From Bordetella parapertussis (GTDB lineage: Bacteria; Pseudomonadota; Gammaproteobacteria; Burkholderiales; SG8-39): a DNA stretch of 64,000 bases. Location: positions 62,060-126,059 of the forward strand of contig CAMDDU010000003.1 in NCBI GenBank assembly GCA_945892985.1, given 5' to 3'. The position numbers were made by a program, and so were the translations under genes. Under the pieces are notes generated by a model. The model did no database searches, was not told where the DNA came from, and saw only the letters and a list, made by a program, of their open reading frames with translations. This document shows, piece by piece, positions 42,308 to 51,877 of the stretch (position 1 is its first letter; every line of letters begins with the position of its first letter).

Positions 42308-44008
42308 ATGAGGGTATCGCGTGCTTTTATGCCGGTTTTGGGGGTTGCGCTTGTCGGTGTTTTGCTCATTCTGGGCCCACTGTTGGCAACTGCTTGGATC
42401 AGTGTCACAAATGGCACTCCTGGCCATGGTGAACTTACCATGGAGAATTTCACCAAGGTGGCAACAGATCCGTTCGGTTACAAGGTATTGCTCAATACAT
42501 TAGTATTTGCCGTAGGAGCTACGGTAATAGCTATAGGCATCGGTGCGCCTCTTGCCTGGGCCGTAGCCCGTACCGATTTGCCTTTCCGTAAGTCAGTGAT
42601 CCTATTGCTTGGAATGATTCTGATTGTTCCTGGTTTTCTTCAGGCAATGGGTTGGGCTTTAATGCTAAGCCCTAACATCGGGATCGTTAATCGTGCGTTG
42701 ATAGAACTGTTTGAATTAGAGAACGCACCGTTTAACATCTACAGTCTCGCCGGAATGACCTTTGCGGAAGGCCTAAGCCTTGTGCCCCCGGCTTATTTCA
42801 TCATCTCTGCCGTATTCGCCGGGATGGATGGCAGCTTAGAGGAGGCGGCATATATGAGCGGGGCAGGTAAGTTTCGCACTTTTTTTCGAGTGAACTTACC
42901 TCTCGCTTGGCCGGCCATCGTTGCGGCAGCCATTTACGTATTTGTACTGGCATTCGCGGTGTTCGAAGTACCAATGGTGCTTGGGTTTCCGGATCGGATA
43001 TTTGTTTTCAGCACTATGCTCTATTTTCTAGTTCATTTGCAAAGTGCGGGTTTGCCAGAGTACGGTATTGCGGCATCTTATGGGGCGGTAGTGATGATAG
43101 CTAGCTTGGTGATGGCTGTTTATTACTCCCGCCTTATCCGCAACAGTAGGAAATACGCGACGATAACGGGCAAGGGGCGGCGCAGTAAATTGTTGTCGCT
43201 AGGTAAGTGGAGGCCTTTCGCCGTTATGCTTGTGGTGCTCTACTTTCTGTTGGCGTTGGGCCTACCCTTACTTGTTCTGATTTATTATTCTTTGTTGCCG
43301 TTCTTTCAGCTTCCTTCCATGGAAGCGCTAGGCTCGATGACATTGCAGAACTACGTCAACATTTACACTCGTCAGGGATTTCGGCCGCTGCTGAATACTG
43401 GTATTCTCGTGGCTGTCGTGCCTGTGGTGGTTGTATTTATTTCTGGCGCGATATCGTGGGTTGTGGTGCGTTCCCGCATTCGCGGTCGGTCGATAATTGA
43501 CAACATCGCCTTCTTGCCGATCGCGGTTCCTCGGATCGTCCTTGCAGTGTCTATCCTTTATCTTGCTCTGGCGATGCGTGAGTTCCTTCCTATCTATGGC
43601 ACGCTAATGGTCGTTGCCATCGCGCATGTCATTGCTTTTATGAGCTTTGCTACACGCACGCTAAATGGGGCGATGCTCCAAATTCACCCTGATCTTGAGG
43701 ATTCGGGGCGTCTGAGTGGAGCGTCTCTCTCGCGTGTCCTCAGAAAGATCACGGGCCCGTTGCTAAAGCCAGCGCTGTTTTCTGCCTGGTTTTGGGTGAT
43801 GCTATTGTCGTTCCGCGAGGTAACTATGGCGGTAATTCTTACTTCGGTGGATAGCGTTGTGCTCCCTGTGCAGATATGGAACCTCTGGAATACTGGATCG
43901 ACGCACCAGGCGGCGGCTGGGGCGGTGGTCCTCGCGGTAATCGCGTTGGCTTTGATGCTCATGATGCGGCGCCTTACTGAGCGTGTGTTTGCCCCTGGTG
44001 GGCATTGA
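42308..44008 (+). CDS. ABC transporter permease (FbpB-like, two TM domains)
   Basis: Two EAA loops: LEEAAYMSGA and LEDSGRLSGA. Confidence 0.92.
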   Translation: MRVSRAFMPVLGVALVGVLLILGPLLATAWISVTNGTPGHGELTMENFTKVATDPFGYKVLLNTLVFAVGATVIAIGIGAPLAWAVARTDLPFRKSVILLLGMILIVPGFLQAMGWALMLSPNIGIVNRALIELFELENAPFNIYSLAGMTFAEGLSLVPPAYFIISAVFAGMDGSLEEAAYMSGAGKFRTFFRVNLPLAWPAIVAAAIYVFVLAFAVFEVPMVLGFPDRIFVFSTMLYFLVHLQSAGLPEYGIAASYGAVVMIASLVMAVYYSRLIRNSRKYATITGKGRRSKLLSLGKWRPFAVMLVVLYFLLALGLPLLVLIYYSLLPFFQLPSMEALGSMTLQNYVNIYTRQGFRPLLNTGILVAVVPVVVVFISGAISWVVVRSRIRGRSIIDNIAFLPIAVPRIVLAVSILYLALAMREFLPIYGTLMVVAIAHVIAFMSFATRTLNGAMLQIHPDLEDSGRLSGASLSRVLRKITGPLLKPALFSAWFWVMLLSFREVTMAVILTSVDSVVLPVQIWNLWNTGSTHQAAAGAVVLAVIALALMLMMRRLTERVFAPGGH

Positions 44009-44033
44009 CGTAACGGGGAATCCGGACTGGAAT

Positions 44034-45128
44034 ATGGGAATGCTTAAGATCACCAATCTGTCTAAGAAATTCGAGGTGACGGATGGCAAGACAATTGCGG
44101 TGCGAAACCTTGATCTCGAGGTGGAGAAGGGAAAATTTTTTGTGTTGTTAGGCCCTAGCGGATGCGGTAAATCGACACTGTTGCGTTGCGTGGCGGGGTT
44201 GGAAGGAATCGAGGAAGGGGAGATTTCTCTTGATGGTCGGTTGGTAAGCTCCGCTGAGCGGTGCTTTTCTGTTGATCCCGAAGACCGTGGGATTGCGATG
44301 GTGTTCCAGACGTATGCGATCTGGCCCCATATGACGGTGTTTGACAACGTCGCTTTTCCTTTGACTGAGGCGAAGAACGCAAACCTTTCACGAGCCAAGG
44401 TTCAAGCCAAAGTGAAGGACATTCTCGCGCTGGTACGGCTTGCAGACTATGGAGCGTATTCAGCAGCAACCATGAGCGGTGGTCAACAACAGCGGATAGC
44501 TCTTGCACGAGCCCTCGTGCGCGAACCTAAGTTACTGCTAATGGATGAGCCTCTTAGCAATCTAGATGCAAAGCTACGTGAGGAGATGCGCGACGAGATC
44601 AAGCAATTGACCCGTGCCCTAGGCGTGACCACGCTGCACGTTACTCACGATCAGACTGAAGCTATGGCTCTTGCTGATTCGCTGGCGGTTATGTCTGCTG
44701 GAAAGATCCTGCAATTAGGCGAGCCTGAACATCTCTATCGGCGTCCCGTGAATCGGATGGTTGCTGAGTTCCTTGGGCGGACGAATTGGTTGACTGGCAA
44801 AGTGGATGGAACGAACCATGCGCAGACAGAGATGGGTGGCGTATCTGTGATACTACCGGCGTCCACGGCTCTGGGGTCAGATATTCGTTTGGGAATACGA
44901 CCGGAATGGGCGGAACTGACTCGCGATCCGCACGGTGGACTGGACGAATACCGCGGCATAGTGACTGGCAGGAGTTTTCTCGGGGACATCGTTGTTTATA
45001 AGGTTAAGGTGGGCGGTGTGGAACTGTTGATTAAATCTAATGCGCCTGACATACCAGCGTATGGGGAGGTGACCGTATTGGTTCCTCCGGACAGGTGGGT
45101 TGTGTTCTCTGGTTTGGGGGCGGAGTAG
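44034..45128 (+). CDS. ABC transporter ATP-binding protein (FbpC/PotA-like)
   Basis: GPSGCGKST, MSGGQQQR, MDEPLSNLD, TOBE-like tail. Confidence 0.94.
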   Translation: MGMLKITNLSKKFEVTDGKTIAVRNLDLEVEKGKFFVLLGPSGCGKSTLLRCVAGLEGIEEGEISLDGRLVSSAERCFSVDPEDRGIAMVFQTYAIWPHMTVFDNVAFPLTEAKNANLSRAKVQAKVKDILALVRLADYGAYSAATMSGGQQQRIALARALVREPKLLLMDEPLSNLDAKLREEMRDEIKQLTRALGVTTLHVTHDQTEAMALADSLAVMSAGKILQLGEPEHLYRRPVNRMVAEFLGRTNWLTGKVDGTNHAQTEMGGVSVILPASTALGSDIRLGIRPEWAELTRDPHGGLDEYRGIVTGRSFLGDIVVYKVKVGGVELLIKSNAPDIPAYGEVTVLVPPDRWVVFSGLGAE

Positions 45129-45209
45129 GTCGTATCACCGCCAGAATTTGGGGCAGATGCAATGATGCAGCTGCTGGTAAGGGGCAACCGGTAAGTTAAG
45201 GGGGGGAGA

Positions 45210-46340
45210 ATGTCGTTAAAGGACCGCTATGCAATTGTCGGCGTAGGCAACACCCGTGTTGGAAGGATTCCGGAGATGAGCGACTACGGACTCCAAGTGC
45301 AGGCCGCTAAGCTTGCGATGGACGATGCCGGTATGACCAAGGCGGACATCGACGGCATGATTACCCATAGCCATATGTTGGGGGGGGTTCGGGTGCATCA
45401 CCAACGAGTCGCGCAGCGGTTAGGCATGAACACACGGTTCGGAGTATCTATTTCTAGCGGTGGCTCCACCTCGTGCATGATGGCGCAATTAGCTGCCGCG
45501 ACCATCGAGGCCGGAATGTGTGAGGCCGTGCTGTGTGTGCACGGTGATAAGTCTTTGACCCGCGGTGGCGATACGCATGATGGGGATAAGGAATTCGGGC
45601 CCGAGTACGGAATGATTGGCGCTGCTGCAAATCACGCCTTCGGCCTGACGCGACATATGCATGAATTTGGCACGACGCATGATCAACTTGGCGCGATTGC
45701 CGTTGCGGCGCGTAAGCATGCAATGCTGACGCCGCACGCGCAAATTAAGAAGCCGATGACGCTGGACGATTATCACAACTCACCCTGGATCGTCTGGCCT
45801 TACCACATGTTTGACTGCTGCTTGCGCAGTGATGGAGCTGCCGCTTTTATCGTTACATCTGCGGAGCGCGCTCGTGACCTGAAGACCCGTCCGGTGTACA
45901 TCATGGGTATGGGCACAGCCAATAATTCACGTGGTCCGTATTTTGGTAACCATCCAATTGTAACGGGCGGTAAGGAATCGGGTGAACAAGCATTTAGCAT
46001 GGCTGGTTTAACACCCAAGGATATCGATTTTGCGCAGATCTACGACTGCTTCACTTACATCGCAATGGTGACCTTGGAGGATTATGGGTTTTGTAAGAAA
46101 GGCGAGGGCGGTCCATTTGTCACTGGAGGCCGTATTGAATTGGGCGGTGAACTGCCGATGAATACTGCTGGTGGTATGTTGTCCGAGGGTTATGTGGAAG
46201 GAATGTTAGGCATCGTCGAGGCGGTGCGGCAGCTGCGCGGCGAGTGCGGTGCACGGCAGGTTAAGGATGCCGAGATTGGTATCGTCAGTGGTAATGGAGG
46301 TAACGCCGTGTGCCATTCCACTCTAATTCTGCGCCGCTAG
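45210..46340 (+). CDS. SCP-x/Ltp2-like thiolase-fold protein
   Basis: AIVGVG, DCCLRSDGAAA, IYDCFT, NTAGGMLSEGY; no Cys at the canonical nucleophile position (GGSTS). Confidence 0.88.
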   Translation: MSLKDRYAIVGVGNTRVGRIPEMSDYGLQVQAAKLAMDDAGMTKADIDGMITHSHMLGGVRVHHQRVAQRLGMNTRFGVSISSGGSTSCMMAQLAAATIEAGMCEAVLCVHGDKSLTRGGDTHDGDKEFGPEYGMIGAAANHAFGLTRHMHEFGTTHDQLGAIAVAARKHAMLTPHAQIKKPMTLDDYHNSPWIVWPYHMFDCCLRSDGAAAFIVTSAERARDLKTRPVYIMGMGTANNSRGPYFGNHPIVTGGKESGEQAFSMAGLTPKDIDFAQIYDCFTYIAMVTLEDYGFCKKGEGGPFVTGGRIELGGELPMNTAGGMLSEGYVEGMLGIVEAVRQLRGECGARQVKDAEIGIVSGNGGNAVCHSTLILRR

Positions 46341-46362
46341 ACGGCGCGCAGAAAGGAAAACC

Positions 46363-46770
46363 ATGATTGAATATCACAAGCCGCTTCCTGTACCTAATGA
46401 AGACTCCGTACCTTTCTGGGAGGCGGCAAAGCGACACGAACTGTCGTTACAGCAATGCAAGGCGTGCAGCGCCTTCAGGTTTCCCCCGGTACCTTTGTGC
46501 CCTGAGTGCAATGTGATGGGTGGCGATTGGACCCGGGTCAAAGGGCAGGGAAAGATTTACTCCTTTGTCGTGTTTCATCGTGCCTTCCACAAAGGTTTTG
46601 AGGACAAGCTACCCTATGCCGTGGCACTGGTGGAGCTAGACGAAGGCCCGCGCGTGATGAGTAATATTATCGGCGTGCCGCCGGATCAGCTGAAATGCGA
46701 TATGCGAGTGGAGGCATTTTACGATGACGTAACTCCCGAGGTGACGTTGCCACAGTTCAGGCTAGTGTGA
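46363..46770 (+). CDS. DUF35 Zn-ribbon/OB-fold protein
   Basis: PFWEAA, CKAC...CPEC, GKIYSF, PYAVALVELDEGPR. Confidence 0.92.
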   Translation: MIEYHKPLPVPNEDSVPFWEAAKRHELSLQQCKACSAFRFPPVPLCPECNVMGGDWTRVKGQGKIYSFVVFHRAFHKGFEDKLPYAVALVELDEGPRVMSNIIGVPPDQLKCDMRVEAFYDDVTPEVTLPQFRLV

Positions 46771-46784
46771 ATGCCCGGGGGCTT

Positions 46785-48227
46785 TCATGTCATCGTAAAG
46801 GAGGGAGGGATGATCTCGTTCACCGATTTGCCGGTCCAGTGCCAAGTCGGAACCGCGTCCCAGAGGGTGTTGGCCCCAGTTTGTAGCTTTTCCATCAAGG
46901 GTTCTTCCTGGGTACGGAGGTAGTTCCCGTTCGAAACTAGAACCTCTCCATTGACAATGACGGTCTTAATATCACGGCTGGTTGCGCTTTCAACCAGCGA
47001 GCGTACTGGGTCGCGAACAGCGCCAAAGGCGATGTTGGTCAAGTCGATGACAATTATGTCCGCCTTGGCGCCCGGGCTTAGACGGCCAATGTCATCCCGC
47101 CCTAGGAGGCGTGCACCGCCTAGTGTTGCAGCATTAAAAACGTCTCGTGGATGACCAGAAGTGAACTTGCGATCTGCCATGCGTGAAGCAATGGAGGCAC
47201 ACCGCATCTCAGAGATCATGTCCTTCGGGTAGGTATCCGTTCCAAGCGACATTGGAATGCCAGCGTCCTTGTATCGGTCGAGTGATTCCATCACGATGCC
47301 AAGAGTCATGTATTTAAGCGGGCTGTATGACACAGCGGAACCTGAGTCTGCGATGATGGCGAGGTCGTTTCCATAGGGGTAGTTCACCCAACTATGATGG
47401 TTTAGAAAAATGCAGTGCGCGAGCGAGGTTCGCGGGCCTAGAATTCCACTGCGCTGTAGAAGCTCGATCGGCGAGCAGCGGTGCCGGCGCAGAATCTCGT
47501 GAAACTCGAGTAGGTTCATCGCTGTATGGATCTGGATCGGGATGCCGATGTCGTCCGCTATCGGTTTTACCTTAGCTAGGGTTTCTGGCGTGCAGGTGTC
47601 TACCTGTCCCGGAAATAGCATGGCTGTCACGAGCGGATTGTTTGATGCGTGCAGTTTTTTGGCGAATGCGAGCGCCTTAGCCATTCGCTCGGAGCCACGC
47701 TCCTCATTCCACTGGTAGTGTTGCCGTCCTTCCGCGTCGAAATAGTAATCCGCATCTCGGAAGCGCAGACCGGTGACGCAGCGAATTCCGACGTCGGCAA
47801 CGAGGTCTACGTAGTCTTGTAGCCCTTTTTCGGCCCCGCCATAATCAAGTACTGTGGTTGAACCACCCTTAAGGCAGTGGATCAGGCAGAAACGCACGGA
47901 CACATCCAACGTTTCCAAGTGATGGGGAACGTGCTTGTCCTTCATTGGGCCCGCATGCGATAGGTAGTTCGAGCCCAGGAAGTCAGGTTTGTCTGCATCG
48001 GTAAGCATGTAGTCGCCGGCGTTGCTCCCAGTGTGGACGTGCGAATTGATGAATCCGGGGGAAATCAGTGATCCGGGGGCGTCGATCGTCCGGTCAACAG
48101 CTCCGGCGTATTCTTTACCAACGAAAACGATATGGTCATTCTCGAAGACGACGGAGCCGTTTTGGATGACTTCATGCTGCTTTCCATCGAACCCGATAAC
48201 GTACTTTCCGCGGAGCAAGGTTTTCAT
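46785..48227 (-). CDS. Metal-dependent amidohydrolase (chlorohydrolase/deaminase-like)
   Basis: PGFINSHVH, QIHTA, LAHC, LGTDTYP, GRLSPGAKADI. Confidence 0.9.
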   Translation of the reverse strand: MKTLLRGKYVIGFDGKQHEVIQNGSVVFENDHIVFVGKEYAGAVDRTIDAPGSLISPGFINSHVHTGSNAGDYMLTDADKPDFLGSNYLSHAGPMKDKHVPHHLETLDVSVRFCLIHCLKGGSTTVLDYGGAEKGLQDYVDLVADVGIRCVTGLRFRDADYYFDAEGRQHYQWNEERGSERMAKALAFAKKLHASNNPLVTAMLFPGQVDTCTPETLAKVKPIADDIGIPIQIHTAMNLLEFHEILRRHRCSPIELLQRSGILGPRTSLAHCIFLNHHSWVNYPYGNDLAIIADSGSAVSYSPLKYMTLGIVMESLDRYKDAGIPMSLGTDTYPKDMISEMRCASIASRMADRKFTSGHPRDVFNAATLGGARLLGRDDIGRLSPGAKADIIVIDLTNIAFGAVRDPVRSLVESATSRDIKTVIVNGEVLVSNGNYLRTQEEPLMEKLQTGANTLWDAVPTWHWTGKSVNEIIPPSFTMT

Positions 48228-48255
48228 AACATATAGTCCCGATGAGATTGCAAGG

Positions 48256-48438
48256 TGTTGATTTCCACTGAATTGTGAGCCGGGTTTTTCATTGAATTTT
48301 GAGCCACCCTGTTTGAATCTTTATTATGACTCAGGTTGTGGATATCTTTCTGGTTCTGGACTCCTTTTTCGGTTGAGTTGAGCTGCTCTTGAAGCGGTAA
48401 CTCTTGTTCCCGGTCTCAAGGATGTGGCAATGGTGGGT
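48256..48438 (-). mobile_element. istB: IS21-family remnant: istB 3' end plus terminal inverted repeat
   Basis: Minus strand THHCHILETGNKSYRFKSS...TGA (stop 48331-48333); end TGTTGATTTCCACTGAATTGTGAGCC followed by an internal repeat TTCATTGAATTTTGAGCC. Confidence 0.85.
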
Positions 48439-48540
48439 GCGACTTGTTCAAACAACTAAAAGCCAGTTGTGCCGCATGGGTTTCAAGCGCTTTCTCCAGA
48501 ATACAATGGTTGGGCGCGTTGCCCTGGGTCGGGCTGTTTC

Positions 48541-49983
48541 TCAACGCATGTTCACATTTTTAAACGGTAATGCGCGTAAATCCGCCGTTGCCGGCCCCGG
48601 CGCATCGCAGTCGATAATTTGGACGCATAGCGGGCTAAAGGCGGCGCGGAAGCGATTTTTGGCTTTTACGCACAGCAGCCTGGTGGCGCTGAGATTTATT
48701 CCGTGCAGTTCGAAGAACGCGGGGTCATCCGCGGGCTTTCTATCACTAGCGACGATAACTTGTATTCCACCCACTTCGAGCACCGCAGTTGCGCCAAGAC
48801 ATACTTGTGCACCGAAATCAAACTGACCACGATTTTTATATTGACCATCCGTTAAACGAAGGACGCGCGCGGGCACCTTAACCATGGCGCCAAAATCACG
48901 GCTTGTCCGTGCGCCGAACTCAGCGTCAATCGACGCGCCAGTGCCAGCCTGTCTGGCCCTTTGGACAAGGGGTGCATCGGCGAAAAATGCGAATACAACG
49001 GCTTGCGGATGTTTGAACTCAAGCAGCGCCCGAAAAAGCGTGGTCGAGTCGGCGGCACCGCCTGAGCCAGGATTGTCGGCGGAGTCGATGATGGCAACTA
49101 GCCCGGGTGGGGCGAGGAGGGCCTGGCCAAGCGCGACGTTCGGACCGGGCAGGCTAACCCGGAAATCGTTTTTTCTTTCCTGCCAGGCGTGCGCCAGCGC
49201 AATAGCGGCATGGCGCGCAGCCGATTCTTCCTTGGCCCAGACCATTACCTTTGCCGCACATTGCGGACTGTCGGCGTAGGGAAAACCGCCGCAGAGCGAA
49301 ACGTCGAGTACCCCGGCGCCCTCGGCTTCGCGCGCTGCGAGCATCAAGCCGCGCATTGGTTCGCTATCGGTCCGCATGTTAAAACTGGATAAAACCATGC
49401 CGGTGGAGACGATCGTGCAATGCGGCGCCGGATCTCCCGAGGCGATCCGGGCCAGAGTCTTGAGGAGTCTGGCGGCGGTGGCGCGCAGGTCTGACGCGCA
49501 ATTGGTGCGCGAAACGGTGGCAAAGTCGAGCAATTCGGCTATTCCAGGGTGCAGATTGGCGTGCAAGGCGAAACTGGCGGCAAGAGGTGTGTTGCCGATG
49601 GCCCGACGTACTGCGCGTAGAAGGTCAATATCTGGAGATACGCGCTCACTTGTGATGGCGGCACCATGCAGGCAAATGTAGACCGCATCCCATCGGTCCT
49701 GGGCGAGCTCCGTGCAAATTTCAGACACGATGCGCCCAAACATGGCCTCTTCAATCGGCCCTCCGGGCATGGCAGCCGCACAACGCAAAACGCTTACGTC
49801 CCAATCGTAATTTGCGGCAATAAAATCATTAACCGCTGCGAGTTCCGTTTCCCCGTCCGCAGACGTGTTCAGTGCCTCAGTTCCTTTTTGCCACATCAGG
49901 CCTTCGAAGGAATCGAGTGTGGTGGGAGCGGGACTGAACGCATTGCCTTGAAACCAAAAACGCGCGACTGCGAGTTTTTTCAT
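48541..49983 (-). CDS. MlrC/M81 metallopeptidase-like protein (degenerate metal site)
   Basis: AMPGGP, CLHGAA, GGFPYAD, DSADNPGSGG, VKAKNRFRAAF, DAPG. Confidence 0.85.
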   Translation of the reverse strand: MKKLAVARFWFQGNAFSPAPTTLDSFEGLMWQKGTEALNTSADGETELAAVNDFIAANYDWDVSVLRCAAAMPGGPIEEAMFGRIVSEICTELAQDRWDAVYICLHGAAITSERVSPDIDLLRAVRRAIGNTPLAASFALHANLHPGIAELLDFATVSRTNCASDLRATAARLLKTLARIASGDPAPHCTIVSTGMVLSSFNMRTDSEPMRGLMLAAREAEGAGVLDVSLCGGFPYADSPQCAAKVMVWAKEESAARHAAIALAHAWQERKNDFRVSLPGPNVALGQALLAPPGLVAIIDSADNPGSGGAADSTTLFRALLEFKHPQAVVFAFFADAPLVQRARQAGTGASIDAEFGARTSRDFGAMVKVPARVLRLTDGQYKNRGQFDFGAQVCLGATAVLEVGGIQVIVASDRKPADDPAFFELHGINLSATRLLCVKAKNRFRAAFSPLCVQIIDCDAPGPATADLRALPFKNVNMR

Positions 49984-50232
49984 TCCTCTTCCCTAATCCG
50001 GGTGTTTCGTACGCGAGCCGGGATCGGAGGCAATGCGCTGAGGCGGATATGGGGGCGATGTTCGGTTCATGCGGCGACGCCGTGGTAAAGGAAGAATAGG
50101 GGATACAGATGTACAATTCCTGCACGAACGCGCGGTGGATGGTGCGTGACTAAGCTGTTCGCCCGGGAGCTATCGGGCTGCGGGCCGGTCAGGAAAAAAT
50201 TTAACACAGCGACACTCATGATGGAAGTTACC

Positions 50233-51216
50233 ATGCACAATGCCTCGAAGCAGGGCGATGATAATGTGGGGGCGATGAGCGCTGATGCATCACGGAACCC
50301 CGGTTCTGAATTGCATCCTGATCTGCAGACCTTGCTTAAATTCTATCAGGAAGCGCGCGCCAATCCGCCGGAATCCCTGCTGCATCGTCCCGGACTCATT
50401 GGCTCCCCGAGCTTTTTCGGTATTGCCGAACTGCAACGGCATTTGGCTAATCCGCTGATCCAGCCGAACATGATTGACGTGGTATTCCAGGGTAAAAAAG
50501 TGCCGCTTGAACCGGCTTGCTTTTACAAAATTGTGCAGCAAAAGAAACTTTTTTTCATGGACAAGCGCTTTATCGAGGAATATCTCACGCGTGGCGCATC
50601 GGTGTTGTTGGAGGGGCTCGATTTACTTGATCCGGGCATCAACGCCTTCGCTGCGCGGTTGGATGCGGGTTTTTCGTGCGCACTGACCAATGCGGAGGCG
50701 TTTTTCTCGCAGCAGGCGAATGAGGTCTACGGCGGGCACCTGGACACGGATGATGTTCTTGTCATCCAGCTCTCTGGCGAAAAAAAATGGCGTCTCTACA
50801 ATCGGCAGGCCCCGCGCATGGTCAATCTTGTCGATCTGAGTCCTGCGCAAATGGGTCGGCAGGTTGCCGAATTTGTGCTTAAACCCGGCGATGCCCTGTA
50901 TGTGCGTAGCGGCGTGCCGCACAAGTGCGAAACACCCGGCAGCCATAGTCTGCATATTTCATTCGACCTGTGTGACCGGATTCCCAACATCAACCAGACA
51001 CTTGAAGCCGGATTGGCGCGCTATCAAGAGGATTGTGCCCCGCCCTATACCCCCGTGGCCGAGGTGGCTTCTCGCTTTGCTGGATTGCTGCAGTCGGACG
51101 CTTTCAAGGCGGAAATGGCGCAACGCACCGAGGCCTTGAGTCATGATGCGAAGGTGTTTCGCGAAAATATCGGTAACGCAAGCCAGCAAGGCTACCTGCA
51201 TCGATTCATGAAATGA
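50233..51216 (+). CDS. JmjC/cupin_4 2OG-Fe(II) oxygenase (ROX/YcfD-like)
   Basis: GHLDTDDVLVIQLSGEKKWRLY, LKPGDALYV..GVPH, SLHISF; start codon uncertain. Confidence 0.83.
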   Translation: MHNASKQGDDNVGAMSADASRNPGSELHPDLQTLLKFYQEARANPPESLLHRPGLIGSPSFFGIAELQRHLANPLIQPNMIDVVFQGKKVPLEPACFYKIVQQKKLFFMDKRFIEEYLTRGASVLLEGLDLLDPGINAFAARLDAGFSCALTNAEAFFSQQANEVYGGHLDTDDVLVIQLSGEKKWRLYNRQAPRMVNLVDLSPAQMGRQVAEFVLKPGDALYVRSGVPHKCETPGSHSLHISFDLCDRIPNINQTLEAGLARYQEDCAPPYTPVAEVASRFAGLLQSDAFKAEMAQRTEALSHDAKVFRENIGNASQQGYLHRFMK

Positions 51217-51433
51217 ACGGCTTGTCGAATTTTTTTCGGTAGTGCGGCACATTCGTGCAAGCGTGCTGCAGCGACCGCTTCACTCATGCCAACTGCAGTG
51301 TACGCAGTTCCCCCGGCGGGACTTTCTCGATTGGTTCGAGCGGAAGTCCAGATGTTTCGCCGCCCTTTGCCTGTACAGCAGTCTTTTCGAAGGTTAATTT
51401 TCTTATTCTCCGCGTCTCTATGGCTTTTTCTCT

Positions 51434-51874
51434 TCAGGTTTCGGCACCCGCCTCGTCGACGAAATGGCCTCTTATCTGTGTCGATTTTCCGCGAAACAGC
51501 GCGACAAGATCGCCATCTTGATTGGTTACGCGGACATCGTAAATGCCGTGCCGCCCGCTCATGTTTTGCTCTGTCGCGGTGGCGGTGAGTAGCTCCCCCA
51601 ACTGGGTCGCGCGAAGAAATTCTATGGAGCAAGCGGCGGCCACCGCACGCTTGTTGTGGCTGCTGCATGCAAACGCGAAGGCGGTATCCGATAGCGTGAA
51701 TATCATCCCCCCATGGGCGATCTTGTGGCCGTTGACCATGTCTTCGCGGATTCGCATGCACAGGCGGGCGAATCCGGGGCGGACCTCCAGAACTTCAATG
51801 CCAAGCGCAAGCGCACAGCTGTCTTCTTTCTGCATTATTTTTGCCACTGCGACGGCTAGTGTGTTGGGATCCAT
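51434..51874 (-). CDS. paaI: Hydroxyphenylacetyl-CoA thioesterase
   Basis: MVNGHKIAHGGMIFTLSDTAFAFACSS, GIYDVRVTNQ, VALFRGKS. Confidence 0.92.
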   Translation of the reverse strand: MDPNTLAVAVAKIMQKEDSCALALGIEVLEVRPGFARLCMRIREDMVNGHKIAHGGMIFTLSDTAFAFACSSHNKRAVAAACSIEFLRATQLGELLTATATEQNMSGRHGIYDVRVTNQDGDLVALFRGKSTQIRGHFVDEAGAET

Positions 51875-51877
51875 GTT

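Larger units (their letters stand above)
30502..48438. mobile_element. Probable degenerate genomic island 3' of tRNA-Glu
   Basis: Begins at the tRNA 3' end and ends in an IS21 remnant; visibly AT-richer and CTAG-rich from about 37 to 48 kb; contains gene relics; no integrase seen. Confidence 0.6.
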
